Source: Nitrospirales bacterium (GTDB lineage Bacteria > Nitrospirota > Nitrospiria > Nitrospirales > UBA8639). From it: a DNA stretch of 64,000 nt. Every line of letters starts with the position of its first letter. The first letter of the stretch is position 1. Below are positions 20,111 through 29,613 of the stretch, piece after piece. The notes beneath the pieces are model-generated. The model did no database searches and was not told the DNA's origin. It saw only the letters and a program-made list of their open reading frames with translations. Location: positions 1,568,001-1,632,000 of the forward strand of contig OY729426.1 of assembly GCA_963422365.1 (NCBI GenBank). The letters are read 5' to 3'. The position numbers and the translations under genes are program-made.

Positions 20111-20392
20111 TTATCGCACACTTTTCAATTTCCCTGTCACGAATTTGTGTAATGTGCTCGAGATGAGGGTTTGGTAGGGCATCCCTTCCTTTGCTGCTCT
20201 TTTTTGAATGTTTGCTAAATCGCGTGACGAGATCCGAATATTAATGCGCTTGTCCTTCTGAAGGAAATTGTGCGCGGCCTCTTCTAATTCGCGCTTCGCT
20301 TCTTTGAAGTTGTTGATGCTTGTAAATTCCCCGTGTTCAAAATCCTGAAGGAGCTTCACTTCTTCTCTGTCTAAGTTGAGAGGGTTTTTCAT
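20111..20392 (-). CDS. RHH/CopG-like antitoxin
   Basis: KDKRINIRISSRDL..IQKRAAKEGMPYQTLISSTLHKFV; overlaps the toxin stop codon (ATGA). Confidence 0.85.
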   Translation of the reverse strand: MKNPLNLDREEVKLLQDFEHGEFTSINNFKEAKRELEEAAHNFLQKDKRINIRISSRDLANIQKRAAKEGMPYQTLISSTLHKFVTGKLKSVR

Positions 20393-20658
20393 TTGAGATA
20401 CTCCTTTGTCGCTTTCCTGCTCGGGATGATGGTTTTGAGAAATCGTGTTCCTTTCTGCTTCACGTATGGGACTAAGTACACGTACCCTTCCATGTTCAGA
20501 ACAATGATTCTCTGATTCGGATACTGGGACTCATTGGGATGCCTGATGATATCCAGGACATCGCCGCTCTGAATGTGAAAGACGACATCTTCAAAACTTA
20601 CGCCCCGTGTCTTCTCAAGAATCTCATTCTTTTTGTTATCCCAGTCAAATTCATGCAT
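20389..20658 (-). CDS. BrnT-like toxin
   Basis: FDWDNKKNEILEKTRGVSFEDV...HPN...YVYLVPYV...FLKTIIPSRKATK; toxin-first two-gene module. Confidence 0.85.
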   Translation of the reverse strand: MHEFDWDNKKNEILEKTRGVSFEDVVFHIQSGDVLDIIRHPNESQYPNQRIIVLNMEGYVYLVPYVKQKGTRFLKTIIPSRKATKEYLK

Positions 20659-20818
20659 GCATGAAACCATCTCATGTTGTGTGCCTTTTGTCAACATTTC
20701 GCACAATGGAGGGCCGTTGATGGCTCTTGATTGATCCTCCTGAGACCGCGCTTGGACCAAGGAGCGGTTCAGTTCCTGAAACAAGCAAAGGAAATCGAAA
20801 ACCTCGACTCCGCCGGGC

Positions 20819-21019
20819 CTATCGTTCCTTCTTCTTGTTATCTTTAGGGGAGTTATTTGTTCGGGTGTTTGGGAAAAGCGAGGAAAGAATCTGAATACGC
20901 TTGCAGCGCTTGCATTTTAATTGCAATCCTCGAGGCCCTAACGTCGCAATCAGTTGCCCGCAGAGACAGCGTGCTTCATGGATAGGGGTTGGCGGGTCTG
21001 GGTCCTTTTTCGTCATCAC
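20819..21019 (-). CDS. Com-like Cys4 zinc-ribbon microprotein
   Basis: EARCLCGQLIA...LQLKCKRCKRI; paralog of 42144-42341. Confidence 0.7.
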   Translation of the reverse strand: MMTKKDPDPPTPIHEARCLCGQLIATLGPRGLQLKCKRCKRIQILSSLFPNTRTNNSPKDNKKKER

Positions 21020-21148
21020 CTGATACCTGGGGAATTGATGGTTGTGATCATGTGCGCGGATATTTTGCCCACAGCCTCCGGCAAGACAAAAAGCTCACGA
21101 TTCAGGAGTTCGCGGAGAAGAGCTCTCAAGCATAGAAAAAATCAGGGC

Positions 21149-21343
21149 TCATTGGTCCCTTTCTTTTAAGCCTAAGATCGATTTTGAAAATGAACCGTTT
21201 CTGGAGGAAGGTCGGGAAGGAAGGCGATATTCCCTGCGGAGCGCGTGTGGGATGATGGCAATGTCGCAATTCGTACAACGCCAAAACGTCCCAGCGGAAA
21301 CGAGTGTAGTCTGACGACAACTAGGACAACCTGGTGTATCCAT
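21149..21343 (-). CDS. Small CxxC...CxxC zinc-ribbon-like protein
   Basis: CPSC...FWRCTNC, 64 aa, purine-rich RBS-like sequence upstream. Confidence 0.55.
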   Translation of the reverse strand: MDTPGCPSCRQTTLVSAGTFWRCTNCDIAIIPHALRREYRLPSRPSSRNGSFSKSILGLKERDQ

Positions 21344-21465
21344 ACGGATTTCTCTCTCGATAACGAGGTCTTGATGAAAAACATACGGTCCATGTCGACC
21401 GTGAACGCGTTTATGCTTATCAGACGAGCACCGAAGAATGTCGTTCTTGAAGAACGTATAGCGCT

Positions 21466-23124
21466 CTAGCCTTGCTTAGCCACCCTTGTCGGACCTTTTA
21501 GCTGTTCGGCGACTTGCTGAATGGATTTGTCGAGCCATTGCTCGATGACCGGAGAGAGAAATCCTTTTCCATTGAGTTCGAAGTCAAGGCCGGCCAACAT
21601 TTTGGAATACGGTCCCGGGCCATAGAGGCGATTCGAGATGACCAGCACTCTGCCGGGTTTATTGCCTTCTTCAATGAATTCGCGCACTTCCTTTACTGCT
21701 TTCTTCCGTAACTTAGGCCAATCTTCCCGGACGGTCATGGCCTTGATGGCTTTCAGTTTCGCGCAATGCGGATCCTGTCGGAGTTTCTCGATATTGGCGT
21801 TCATCACCGACAACCAGTGTTGATTGCTTTCGTCGGATCCCGTACCATGAGCAAGAAGAATGACGGTTTCCTCTGAAGGGTTTTGACTGATCTCCATAAT
21901 CCGTTCATGCAACACCTGCGCCACGTTGGCCTCTTCTTCGTATCCTCCGAAAGTGGAAAAAATTGCGGCGCTTCGAATCTGTTGGGGTGGAGTGCGGCCT
22001 TGTTTTAATTCATCGAGATACTCGTCGGAAAGCCCAAGGATGTAATCCGTTCTGGGTTTCATGGTATTGATGAGCCCGTACATTCTTCCGAACACGATTT
22101 TCTTGACACCTCATTGTTCAAGACGAGATACGGCATCTTGAATGATAGCCGTATCTCCCATGCCATACGCCAGTTCAATTTGATAGCGGCGCGTAAGGGG
22201 TGCGATGATCTTTTCCACGGCGTCATTGTAAGGCTGGGTGGAACCGTGAGGCATAATGACGACCCCAATTTCACTTGCAGATGCCTCTAGATACTGATTC
22301 GCGGTTTTCTTGAGCCACAAGAGCAGATTGGGATGAGGAGCGATCTCCGATGGTTGAAAAACCACATTCAGCTTCTGAAATCTACGTTGTATCCAGTTCG
22401 TCATGGCCATCATGTGATCGAACTTGACCCCAATGAATGCCGGGACCACCAAGGTGCGCCCTTGCATGGCAGCCTGTTCCGTGATGTGCGTGGTAATCTC
22501 TTTATTTTTTCCACGGGCTTGTTCCGCTTCACGGTGATAGTAGATGACGACTTCACTGTCTTGGAACGACTTATATCGTTGGATATACTGAATCAACGGT
22601 GTTAAGTCGTCCTTAATGGCCTGTTCGCTTTTTTCGTCACGGGCCCCGATTCCCACCAAAATGAGTCGTTCGTTTTGAGTCGATTGGCTGATTTCTTCAA
22701 CCCGATCGAGAAGGATCTGACCGATCAGGTAGCTCCCTGCCATCGCCGGAGCCCATTCGATACTTAGATCGTCGGCATGAGTAGGCAAGAGGTCACGGAC
22801 CGCATGTAGTTGCGGATCGGCAGCGGAAAGAAACAACGGAACAGCGACGACAGATGTCGCGTTCAGTGACCGTAATTGGTTCAGAGCTTGTTTGATGTAG
22901 GCCGTATACGCTGTCTTATGACTTCCATACTTATTGCCGACAAAAGCCAGGGACGCAGGATAATGAAGCTGAAATTCCTCGACCAGTTTCTTGGTTTCTT
23001 GATTCCCCAGAAACCCCCGGTCCGGCGCTATGACCAGAAAGCCGGGATGCGATTGTGCCGAAACGGCGAGGGGACCGAGACTTATCATCGTAAGGATAAA
23101 TAGAGCAGTCCACAGGTGTTTCAT
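21466..23124 (-). pseudogene. Exported tandem CbiX/chelatase-fold protein interrupted by an in-frame TGA
   Basis: ORFs 22111-23124 and 21466-22095 are in the same frame, split by TGA at 22111-22113 (LEQ*GVKKIVFGRMY); signal peptide; VIMPHGS and ILLAHGTG motifs. Confidence 0.75.
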
Positions 23125-23141
23125 TGTAGCCCTCCTTATTT

Positions 23142-23164
23142 TTGAAATAGCGACTCAATTTCAA
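23142..23164. promoter_or_regulatory. Fur-box-like operator
   Basis: TTGAAATAGCGACTCAATTTCAA palindrome just upstream of the RBS of the CbiX-like gene. Confidence 0.7.
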
Positions 23165-23299
23165 TTTTGGAGAGAACATGGTATCAGGTGGGGGTAATGG
23201 TCGTACATGTTCATTCACCTGAAAAAGATGTTCAATGACCGGCCATAGTGAAGAATGCGGCCATACAGAGAACGGGGTGTCTGCTCAATCGGCGCAGCA

Positions 23300-26200
23300 T
23301 CATGGTTGCTCGTTATCACGTTCAATCCAGGCAAGGATTTCCTTGAGATTCGCCTTGGCTTCTTGATAGTCAGGGGCGATTTTCAAGACGTCTTGATAAT
23401 GCGTGATGGCTTCTTGGTATTCCCCGGATTGAGCCAGGCTATTGGCTAAATTGAATCGAGCGCCAAGTGAGGTGGGTTCGCGCGTCAGTACTTCGCGGAA
23501 CAACGTTGCCGCGGATTGATAGAGCCCCATTTGATAGCGGGTTAACCCCAAGTTGAACCAAACGGATGTGATCTGGGGCCATCCGGGATTCAGGCGAATG
23601 ATGGACTCATAGAAATCCGCCGCCAGCGGATCGTTTCCCTGCCGTGATTGGCTCAAGGCAAGGTCGAACCGCACATTGAGGTTCTGTGGGTTGATCTGCA
23701 GCGCTTTATGCAACAAAGGAATGGCAGCGTCGTATTGTTCTTCGAGAACCAGTTCATGCCCTTTGGCTGTCCAGATCTGTTCAAGAAAGGTTCGGGTTTG
23801 ATAATTCGAAGGATGCAGTTCCCATGATTGAGCGTACAGCTCAGTGGCCTCCTCTATGCGATTGTCGGCACGGGTCACGATGCCCTCGGTCAGGAGTTGC
23901 GCCGCGGTGGAGACCCGAGCTAATCGCTCGAGCATGTCGTCGTTCGAGGACGGGTCGACATGCACGATGTCGGTGAGGGGACGGAAGTGGGGGAGGAGGC
24001 TTGCCAATGTTTCTGCGGCCAGGGTCACCGTATTCAAGGCGTTGAAGGCAAGCGGCGTCGAGTATTCAATGAAGCGGTTGTCATCGGTATTCAGCGGCGC
24101 ATCGTGCGTCCAATTCCGGATTGCCGAGCCGTGGCTCATAAACAGGCCTAACAGATTGTAGGGATCGGAATCGAGCTGACGCATGCCGCCCAATGGATCG
24201 TGGACTGCGTATCGTTCTAGGAAGCGTTGCAAATCAATGTGGAGGGGATCGAGTCCGCCCAAGATCAACAGGTATCCGCCGTTCAACCACAGGGAAGTCT
24301 CCGGAAACACGGATTGGAAGGTACGGACCAGGGTCCGCAAATCGTCCGTACTCAACTGATTGATGGTGATCCATTGGGCCATGAGGCCGCCAGGAGCCAA
24401 TTTGGCGCGACATTGCCGATAATGTTCTTGGGTGTACAGACTGCCGACTCCGGTTTGGTAGGGGAAGAACAGTTCTTGTACGATGAGGTCGTACGTGTTG
24501 CGCGTTAACTTGATAAAGTTGCGTCCGTCTTGTTCGACGACCCGGACCTTGGGATGCTCAAGCACCTGAGCATTCGCCTGAGCAAAGAAGCGTTTTGCCG
24601 CGTCAATGACGCCCAGAGAGATTTCGACCACCGTGACCTGTTCGACGTCCTCCCGTAAGGTCGGTGAAAGGGTAATGCCTGTCCCTAATCCCACCACCAG
24701 CACGCGTTGAGGATCGGGATGCAGGAAAAGCGGCAAATAGCCTTGAATACGCTGAACGCGAACCTCTTTGGCGCCGCTGCCCCCTTCCTGTCGCAGCCGG
24801 CTGGTCAGTAGCGTGCGGGCCAGGGTTTTTCGGTCTTCAAAGACCTCCGTGACTCCCAAGGCATCTTCATGATGATACAGCACCGCCTGGGAAGTCCCTG
24901 CCGCAGCGTGCCGGAATGTAAGGTCTGCGTTCGTTGCAAGCCAGGCAAGCACTCCGAGAAGAAAAAAGAAGGCGAGCCCCTTGCCCCATAAGTTGGGAAT
25001 CGTGGACCGGTGTTGCACGGGCTTGCCCCCTGCGGATGACAAGGGAAGGCGCCAGACAAGCAACGCCAGCGTGCAAACCAGACAGGCTGAGAGCACAAGC
25101 CAGGCATGGGTGAGCCCTAAAAAGATAAGAAACCCAAAGGTCGTGAGCACGGCTCCGATCACGGCTCCCCAATTATGCCACGCATACAATCGCCCTAGAG
25201 GAGAAATAACGCCTGCATGAGGCTGATTGGGTGATGAGACTGTCGCAAGGTCGCAGAGGCTGCAAAAGGCCATGCCCAATCCAAACATGGGTACACCGAG
25301 AATCGTCACGGTTAATAACGCGTCGCTCAGAAGAAACTGCAGGATCGTCAACTCCTGCGGGCGTAGCTCTTGGAAGATTCGATCAAACAGAGAAGCAATA
25401 TTACCCGCAATGGGCACAACCGTGAGTTGAGCGATAAGGGCGATGAAGAGCCCCCATAGGAACAGCCCGGGCTGGTTCTGCACCTTTCCCCTGAGCCAGA
25501 GGTAGATTCCGGAGCCGAATCCCATCATGAGCAGCACCGTGGTTAAGAGGATGCCCTCCGCATAGGCAGTGATATTGACAATGAGCCAGACGTACTGCGC
25601 CCCGATGATCTCTAACGAAATAATGAGAAACCCAACGACGGCCCCTAGCGTTTGAAGGACGGATAACGACAGCATCCCGCTCGCGACGTTTGCGAGTTGT
25701 GGCTGTCTCTCCAGGGCTAGATGGGCACGGTCGGACGCCCGGTAGCTTCCGACAAAGGCGGCCAAGGCGAGAACAAGGTTCGTCATCCCGAGTGCCAGGG
25801 AGGTGCTCTTCAATCCTAGAGAGGGAATCAAAGCGAGCGAAGCGAGCGCCCCCAATCCTGAGGCCAGGAGGCCGATACAGTAAAGCAGACCGGGTTTGGT
25901 CGTGTGTGAACGAGCAAAGAATTGTGTGAGCAAGGAAGCCAGCACGGGAAAGTTCATCCCGTGCAGGGTGGTGATAGGAAGAAGAAGTAAACCTACATAA
26001 AGACCTCTCACCAAAAGATGCCGGAGCCCTTCGGTTTCCGGTGCCATCAGTACATAGAGGTGGTCTCCCCAGGTCAATAAAAAAGGAAAGGCTATTCCCA
26101 AGAGACCCATCAGGGTTTGAAAGAGGGCGACGAGGCGATAGGTGACGCGTCCGGCAGGTTCGTGCTGGTCTTGAGGCGTACCTTTCCATCGAGCGATCAC

Positions 26201-26380
26201 GTAACTGCCGAGGCCCAACCCTGCCATGAACGTGGCTAAGACGATGCCGAAGGCGGTCACCGTCATGCCGATAGACGCGGTCAACAGCTTGATCCATACG
26301 ACCTCATAGGCAATGCCCACGAAAGAATGAAGAGCGTATAACAGCAGAATCAGCGTGCTCATGGAAAAAAGGGCTGGCAT
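23300..26380 (-). CDS. Fused multi-TM (MFS-like) / spermidine-synthase-like SAM-binding / TPR protein
   Basis: About 12-13 TM helices (YEVVWIKLL...FMAGLGLGS), VLVVGLGTGIT, VEIS, DGRNF, LYTQEHY, LNTDDNRFIEY, C-terminal TPRs. Confidence 0.88.
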   Translation of the reverse strand: MPALFSMSTLILLLYALHSFVGIAYEVVWIKLLTASIGMTVTAFGIVLATFMAGLGLGSYVIARWKGTPQDQHEPAGRVTYRLVALFQTLMGLLGIAFPFLLTWGDHLYVLMAPETEGLRHLLVRGLYVGLLLLPITTLHGMNFPVLASLLTQFFARSHTTKPGLLYCIGLLASGLGALASLALIPSLGLKSTSLALGMTNLVLALAAFVGSYRASDRAHLALERQPQLANVASGMLSLSVLQTLGAVVGFLIISLEIIGAQYVWLIVNITAYAEGILLTTVLLMMGFGSGIYLWLRGKVQNQPGLFLWGLFIALIAQLTVVPIAGNIASLFDRIFQELRPQELTILQFLLSDALLTVTILGVPMFGLGMAFCSLCDLATVSSPNQPHAGVISPLGRLYAWHNWGAVIGAVLTTFGFLIFLGLTHAWLVLSACLVCTLALLVWRLPLSSAGGKPVQHRSTIPNLWGKGLAFFFLLGVLAWLATNADLTFRHAAAGTSQAVLYHHEDALGVTEVFEDRKTLARTLLTSRLRQEGGSGAKEVRVQRIQGYLPLFLHPDPQRVLVVGLGTGITLSPTLREDVEQVTVVEISLGVIDAAKRFFAQANAQVLEHPKVRVVEQDGRNFIKLTRNTYDLIVQELFFPYQTGVGSLYTQEHYRQCRAKLAPGGLMAQWITINQLSTDDLRTLVRTFQSVFPETSLWLNGGYLLILGGLDPLHIDLQRFLERYAVHDPLGGMRQLDSDPYNLLGLFMSHGSAIRNWTHDAPLNTDDNRFIEYSTPLAFNALNTVTLAAETLASLLPHFRPLTDIVHVDPSSNDDMLERLARVSTAAQLLTEGIVTRADNRIEEATELYAQSWELHPSNYQTRTFLEQIWTAKGHELVLEEQYDAAIPLLHKALQINPQNLNVRFDLALSQSRQGNDPLAADFYESIIRLNPGWPQITSVWFNLGLTRYQMGLYQSAATLFREVLTREPTSLGARFNLANSLAQSGEYQEAITHYQDVLKIAPDYQEAKANLKEILAWIERDNEQP

Positions 26381-26391
26381 CGCGTCATTCC

Positions 26392-26628
26392 TGTATGTGT
26401 TCAGTAATTCGTTGACAAGATTCGTCCATGTATTTGGGAGAGATTCCGGTCATCCCCGGCAGTTTCCTCTCTGTCCTTCCCGACGGGTGTCATCGGGAAT
26501 CCAGTCCCGGTGTAGGGCCGCATCTTATGCGGCCAAGAAGAAGAAGGCGCCATGAGATGGCGCCGCTACAACAGAAGGAGAAGAGAGACGGCCTCTTCGT
26601 TCTGTCAACGAATGAGTGAATATTTACA
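26392..26628. mobile_element. 237-bp MITE-like element with 26-bp imperfect TIRs enclosing a GTAG-REP doublet
   Basis: Left TGTATGTGTTCAGTAATTCGTTGACA and right TGTCAACGAATGAGTGAATATTTACA (21/26 match); no convincing gene; interior recurs inverted at ~52.2-52.35 kb. Confidence 0.65.
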
Positions 26629-26915
26629 ATCCTGAGCAACAACGCGCCTATCCTGCTTGCCCTGAACATAGTGAAGGGAGCGACAGCGAAGGAAAGGATC
26701 TGCTTTTATAGGCAGTTGCTGTTGCAACGACGAGATTCTTCACTTCGTTCAGAATGACAATCATCGTGTGGCCGGGGCCCCGCATTCTGTTAACGAATGC
26801 CTGTCCCCGACGTTTTTAATCGGGGAAGTGAACATTTACAATCCCGACGCTTGTCCCCGATCCCCGATCGAGTCGAGGACAAGCTCTGTTCGGGGATCTA
26901 ATCGGGGATCCATTT
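26629..26915. repeat. Cluster of nested palindromic repeats
   Basis: ATCCTGAGC...GATTCTTCACTTCGTTCAGAATGAC unit (similar at ~62.0 kb), MITE end 26788-26840, nested CTTGTCCCCG hairpins. Confidence 0.7.
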
Positions 26916-27071
26916 TTTGATGAGGACCGTCGGAGACATGCTTGCTTTTACTGCGCTTGTCCTCACAAAAGTGACAGGCTGTAATTTTATCTGACATTAT
27001 CCGAAAGACAAATTACAAATTCTTGCAAATTAACACATGAAATTGCACGTGGAGATTCGCCAAATATTCAG

Positions 27072-27104
27072 AAAAAAAGAGAGGCCGACTAGGGTCGGCC
27101 TCTC
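27072..27104 (-). terminator. Rho-independent terminator of the TonB receptor gene
   Basis: On the - strand GAGAGGCCGAC-CCTA-GTCGGCCTCTC followed by T7. Confidence 0.9.
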
Positions 27105-27172
27105 GGACGTGACTCCCGCAACGGGGGGAAGGAGCAGCAGCAGAGAGTTACGACTCGGGGAGCTTTGACATA

Positions 27173-29356
27173 TTAGGGAAGGTTGATGGAGTGCCACACC
27201 GACACCTTGGGATTGATCCCTGCCTCGGGAAGAAATGATAAGTGTCGACGGTAGTTTCGATCCGTCAGGTTATCGACTCCGAGATTGACTTGGAATCCTT
27301 GACCCCAGGATTTCGGAAGGTCGGGGAGCAGCACTTCAACGGGTTTCAAGGTGGCGTAGATATCGAAGAGCACATAGCCTCCGGTTGGTTGCACAGCAGA
27401 GCCTGGGACCACCACGGTTCGGTCCTGGTCGCCCGTAATTTGTGTCCTCCCCCCAATGGTTAATCCCCAGGCAGGGTATTGATAGTCAATGCCCAGCACC
27501 GCTCGTTTTTGAGGAATGTTTGTCAAGGGCAGTTCATTGGTTTCATCGGTCCCGTGCGACTGACTGTAGTTTCCAGACAGGGTGACATTCTCAAGCGTGC
27601 GCCATTCGAATTCTGCTTCCCACCCCTGAATTAAGGCATTTGTGATATTGACAGGGGTAAAAAAGAATTCCACGGTCCTTGGTGGAGTGAATATAGTAGC
27701 AATTTCAAGGGAAATTAAATTCCTGAGCTTGTTTCTGAAGTAGGCTCCCTTAAAAATGAATTGATCGTTATTGGAAAGCACTTTTGGTAATTTCACGCGG
27801 AACCCCGCGTCGATGTTCCGGCTACGTTCTGGGCTCAGGTCTGGATTGGCAACAAAAACGCCACCAGGAAAATGAGTGCCTGCGATAAAGAGGTCACCGA
27901 ACGTGGGTTGACGGAATCCATGGGCATAGTTCGCTTCAAGGAACAGGAAGTCTGTGACCTGAATCACCGCGCCGACTTTCGGGTTGAGGACGCCTACGGA
28001 TTTGGTTGATTCGCCGGATGTTTCATTTCTCCAATGATCCCAGCGAATGGCGGGAATGAGGGTAATGCGATCGAAGAGCGTGATTTCATCCTGCAGATAC
28101 AGGGCGAAGACATCAGACTTCGCATCCGGGAAATACAGGCGGCTCCCTGTAGGGGGGAAAATAGGTCCACTCCTCCCAAAACCTATGGGAAAAGAGGCAG
28201 TGCGACTTCCTCCGCTCCTTTGAGTATTCCGGAAAAATTCAGACCCGAAGGTTACAATATGATGGTGCGTGGAAAGATTGCCGAAATTCATGGAATTTCT
28301 GAGATCATACCCAAACGTATCGAAACTGATATCGTCTCTTTTCCGATTATTAACCTGAGTTTCCGTGATATCCAATGTTGTGAGATAGACAAATCCTTGA
28401 AGATTCAAGTACGGATTCGCCGGATTGTTATGCGTGTATCCTAAGCGGTACGTGATTTGATGATTCACTCGGTCGGCGATACGAGACGTTGCAGGCACAG
28501 TAACCAGACCCGTATCAGGATCAATGTCAGGAACAGCAATAGAGTTGGTGTCGAAGGGGATCTGCGCGGCTTGTCGAGTGGCTTGAATGGAAAATTTGGC
28601 TTCGTCATGCGGAGTCGGTTTCCACACGAGCTTGCTCAAATTGGCTGCGGTATCTTGCGCGGAGTTGGCTAACCGCCCCAAATCGCCGCCCAGGCGAACG
28701 TTTTCTCCGGCCCGAAAGGTCCCGCTGGCCATGACTTCCAATTGGTTGGTGAGGCGAGCCGATAAAGTGGTCGTGGAGAGGAGTTCTTCATTCTGGTATT
28801 GGTAGCCGAATTTTTGCCGCATGCCGTACCGCATGTCCGGAGCCAGATAATCGGATGGGTCCTTGGTCACCATGGCCACGACCCCGCCCAAGGCTTGGCT
28901 GCCGTACAAGGCCGAGCCCGGTCCGCGAATCACCTCCACCTGTTTGAGTTGATCCATGTCGAAAAAGATGCGACCTTTGTGCCCAGATTGGAAGTTGAGT
29001 CTGACGCCATCCACCAACGTGAGTACTCGCGCACCTGCCAACCCTCGAATATTCGGTCCCTCTCCCATGGTTCGTGGGCCGTCCCCCGAAGCAACGCCTG
29101 GTTCATAGCGCAACACGTCGTCCAGACTTTGCGCTTGACGTTGTTGAAAATAGTCTTGAGTCAGGACGCTGACTTCGCCTGGCGTGGTCAACGGGTCCCG
29201 TTCGGTTTTGGTTGCGCTGACCGTCACTTGCGCAAGTCGTAGCTTGACTTTCTTGGGTTGCGAGTCTTCGGCGTCTTCAGCATCTTGTCCATAGACCTGT
29301 GCTGAGGAAAGCCAGAAGAGCACAAGGACAGCCAAGAGACAAAATTTCTTTGTCAT
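27173..29356 (-). CDS. TonB-dependent heme/hemoglobin-type receptor
   Basis: TonB box QVTVSAT, plug PNIRG..GHKGR..VEVIRGPGSALYG; FRAP/NPNL-like motifs FRQP...H...NPDLSPE. Confidence 0.88.
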   Translation of the reverse strand: MTKKFCLLAVLVLFWLSSAQVYGQDAEDAEDSQPKKVKLRLAQVTVSATKTERDPLTTPGEVSVLTQDYFQQRQAQSLDDVLRYEPGVASGDGPRTMGEGPNIRGLAGARVLTLVDGVRLNFQSGHKGRIFFDMDQLKQVEVIRGPGSALYGSQALGGVVAMVTKDPSDYLAPDMRYGMRQKFGYQYQNEELLSTTTLSARLTNQLEVMASGTFRAGENVRLGGDLGRLANSAQDTAANLSKLVWKPTPHDEAKFSIQATRQAAQIPFDTNSIAVPDIDPDTGLVTVPATSRIADRVNHQITYRLGYTHNNPANPYLNLQGFVYLTTLDITETQVNNRKRDDISFDTFGYDLRNSMNFGNLSTHHHIVTFGSEFFRNTQRSGGSRTASFPIGFGRSGPIFPPTGSRLYFPDAKSDVFALYLQDEITLFDRITLIPAIRWDHWRNETSGESTKSVGVLNPKVGAVIQVTDFLFLEANYAHGFRQPTFGDLFIAGTHFPGGVFVANPDLSPERSRNIDAGFRVKLPKVLSNNDQFIFKGAYFRNKLRNLISLEIATIFTPPRTVEFFFTPVNITNALIQGWEAEFEWRTLENVTLSGNYSQSHGTDETNELPLTNIPQKRAVLGIDYQYPAWGLTIGGRTQITGDQDRTVVVPGSAVQPTGGYVLFDIYATLKPVEVLLPDLPKSWGQGFQVNLGVDNLTDRNYRRHLSFLPEAGINPKVSVWHSINLP

Positions 29357-29446
29357 GCCTATCTCCTTTTGTTCCGATTATGAGCACGTAGGGTATGGCT
29401 TGTGGCCTCCTGCTGCTATCCGGCGAAAGACAAACCGCTACAAATT

Positions 29447-29484
29447 TTGATATGCATACTCATTTTCAATTGACAATTATAGCA
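29447..29484 (-). promoter_or_regulatory. Fur-box-like operator and extended -10 promoter of the receptor gene
   Basis: TTGATATGCATACTCATTTTCAA (29447-29469); TGcTATAAT on - strand at 29476-29484. Confidence 0.75.
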
Positions 29485-29613
29485 ATAAATAGGGCCTTTC
29501 AAAATGTTCATTGACCGGAAATTTATGTCGATCCACCGGAAAAAAGCCTTTTGACCTATGATTCAGTCGTAGACAGCTTACTTGCGGGTGCCGACAGGCT
29601 GGCGCCCGTTGTT

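Noticed and set aside
20819..21343. Prophage remnant implied by the Com-like gene
   Set aside because: No integrase, structural or mom-like genes nearby; the paralog sits in a host iron operon
22060..22113. Selenocysteine recoding of the in-frame TGA
   Set aside because: No evident SECIS hairpin downstream, and the context fits Arg rather than Cys
26380..26920. CRISPR array
   Set aside because: Repeats are palindromic, nested and dispersed, with no regular repeat-spacer period and no cas genes
26940..27060. Orphan enhancer/promoter with TGT...ACA half-sites
   Set aside because: AT-rich and suggestive, but the -24 GG is absent and no gene can be assigned
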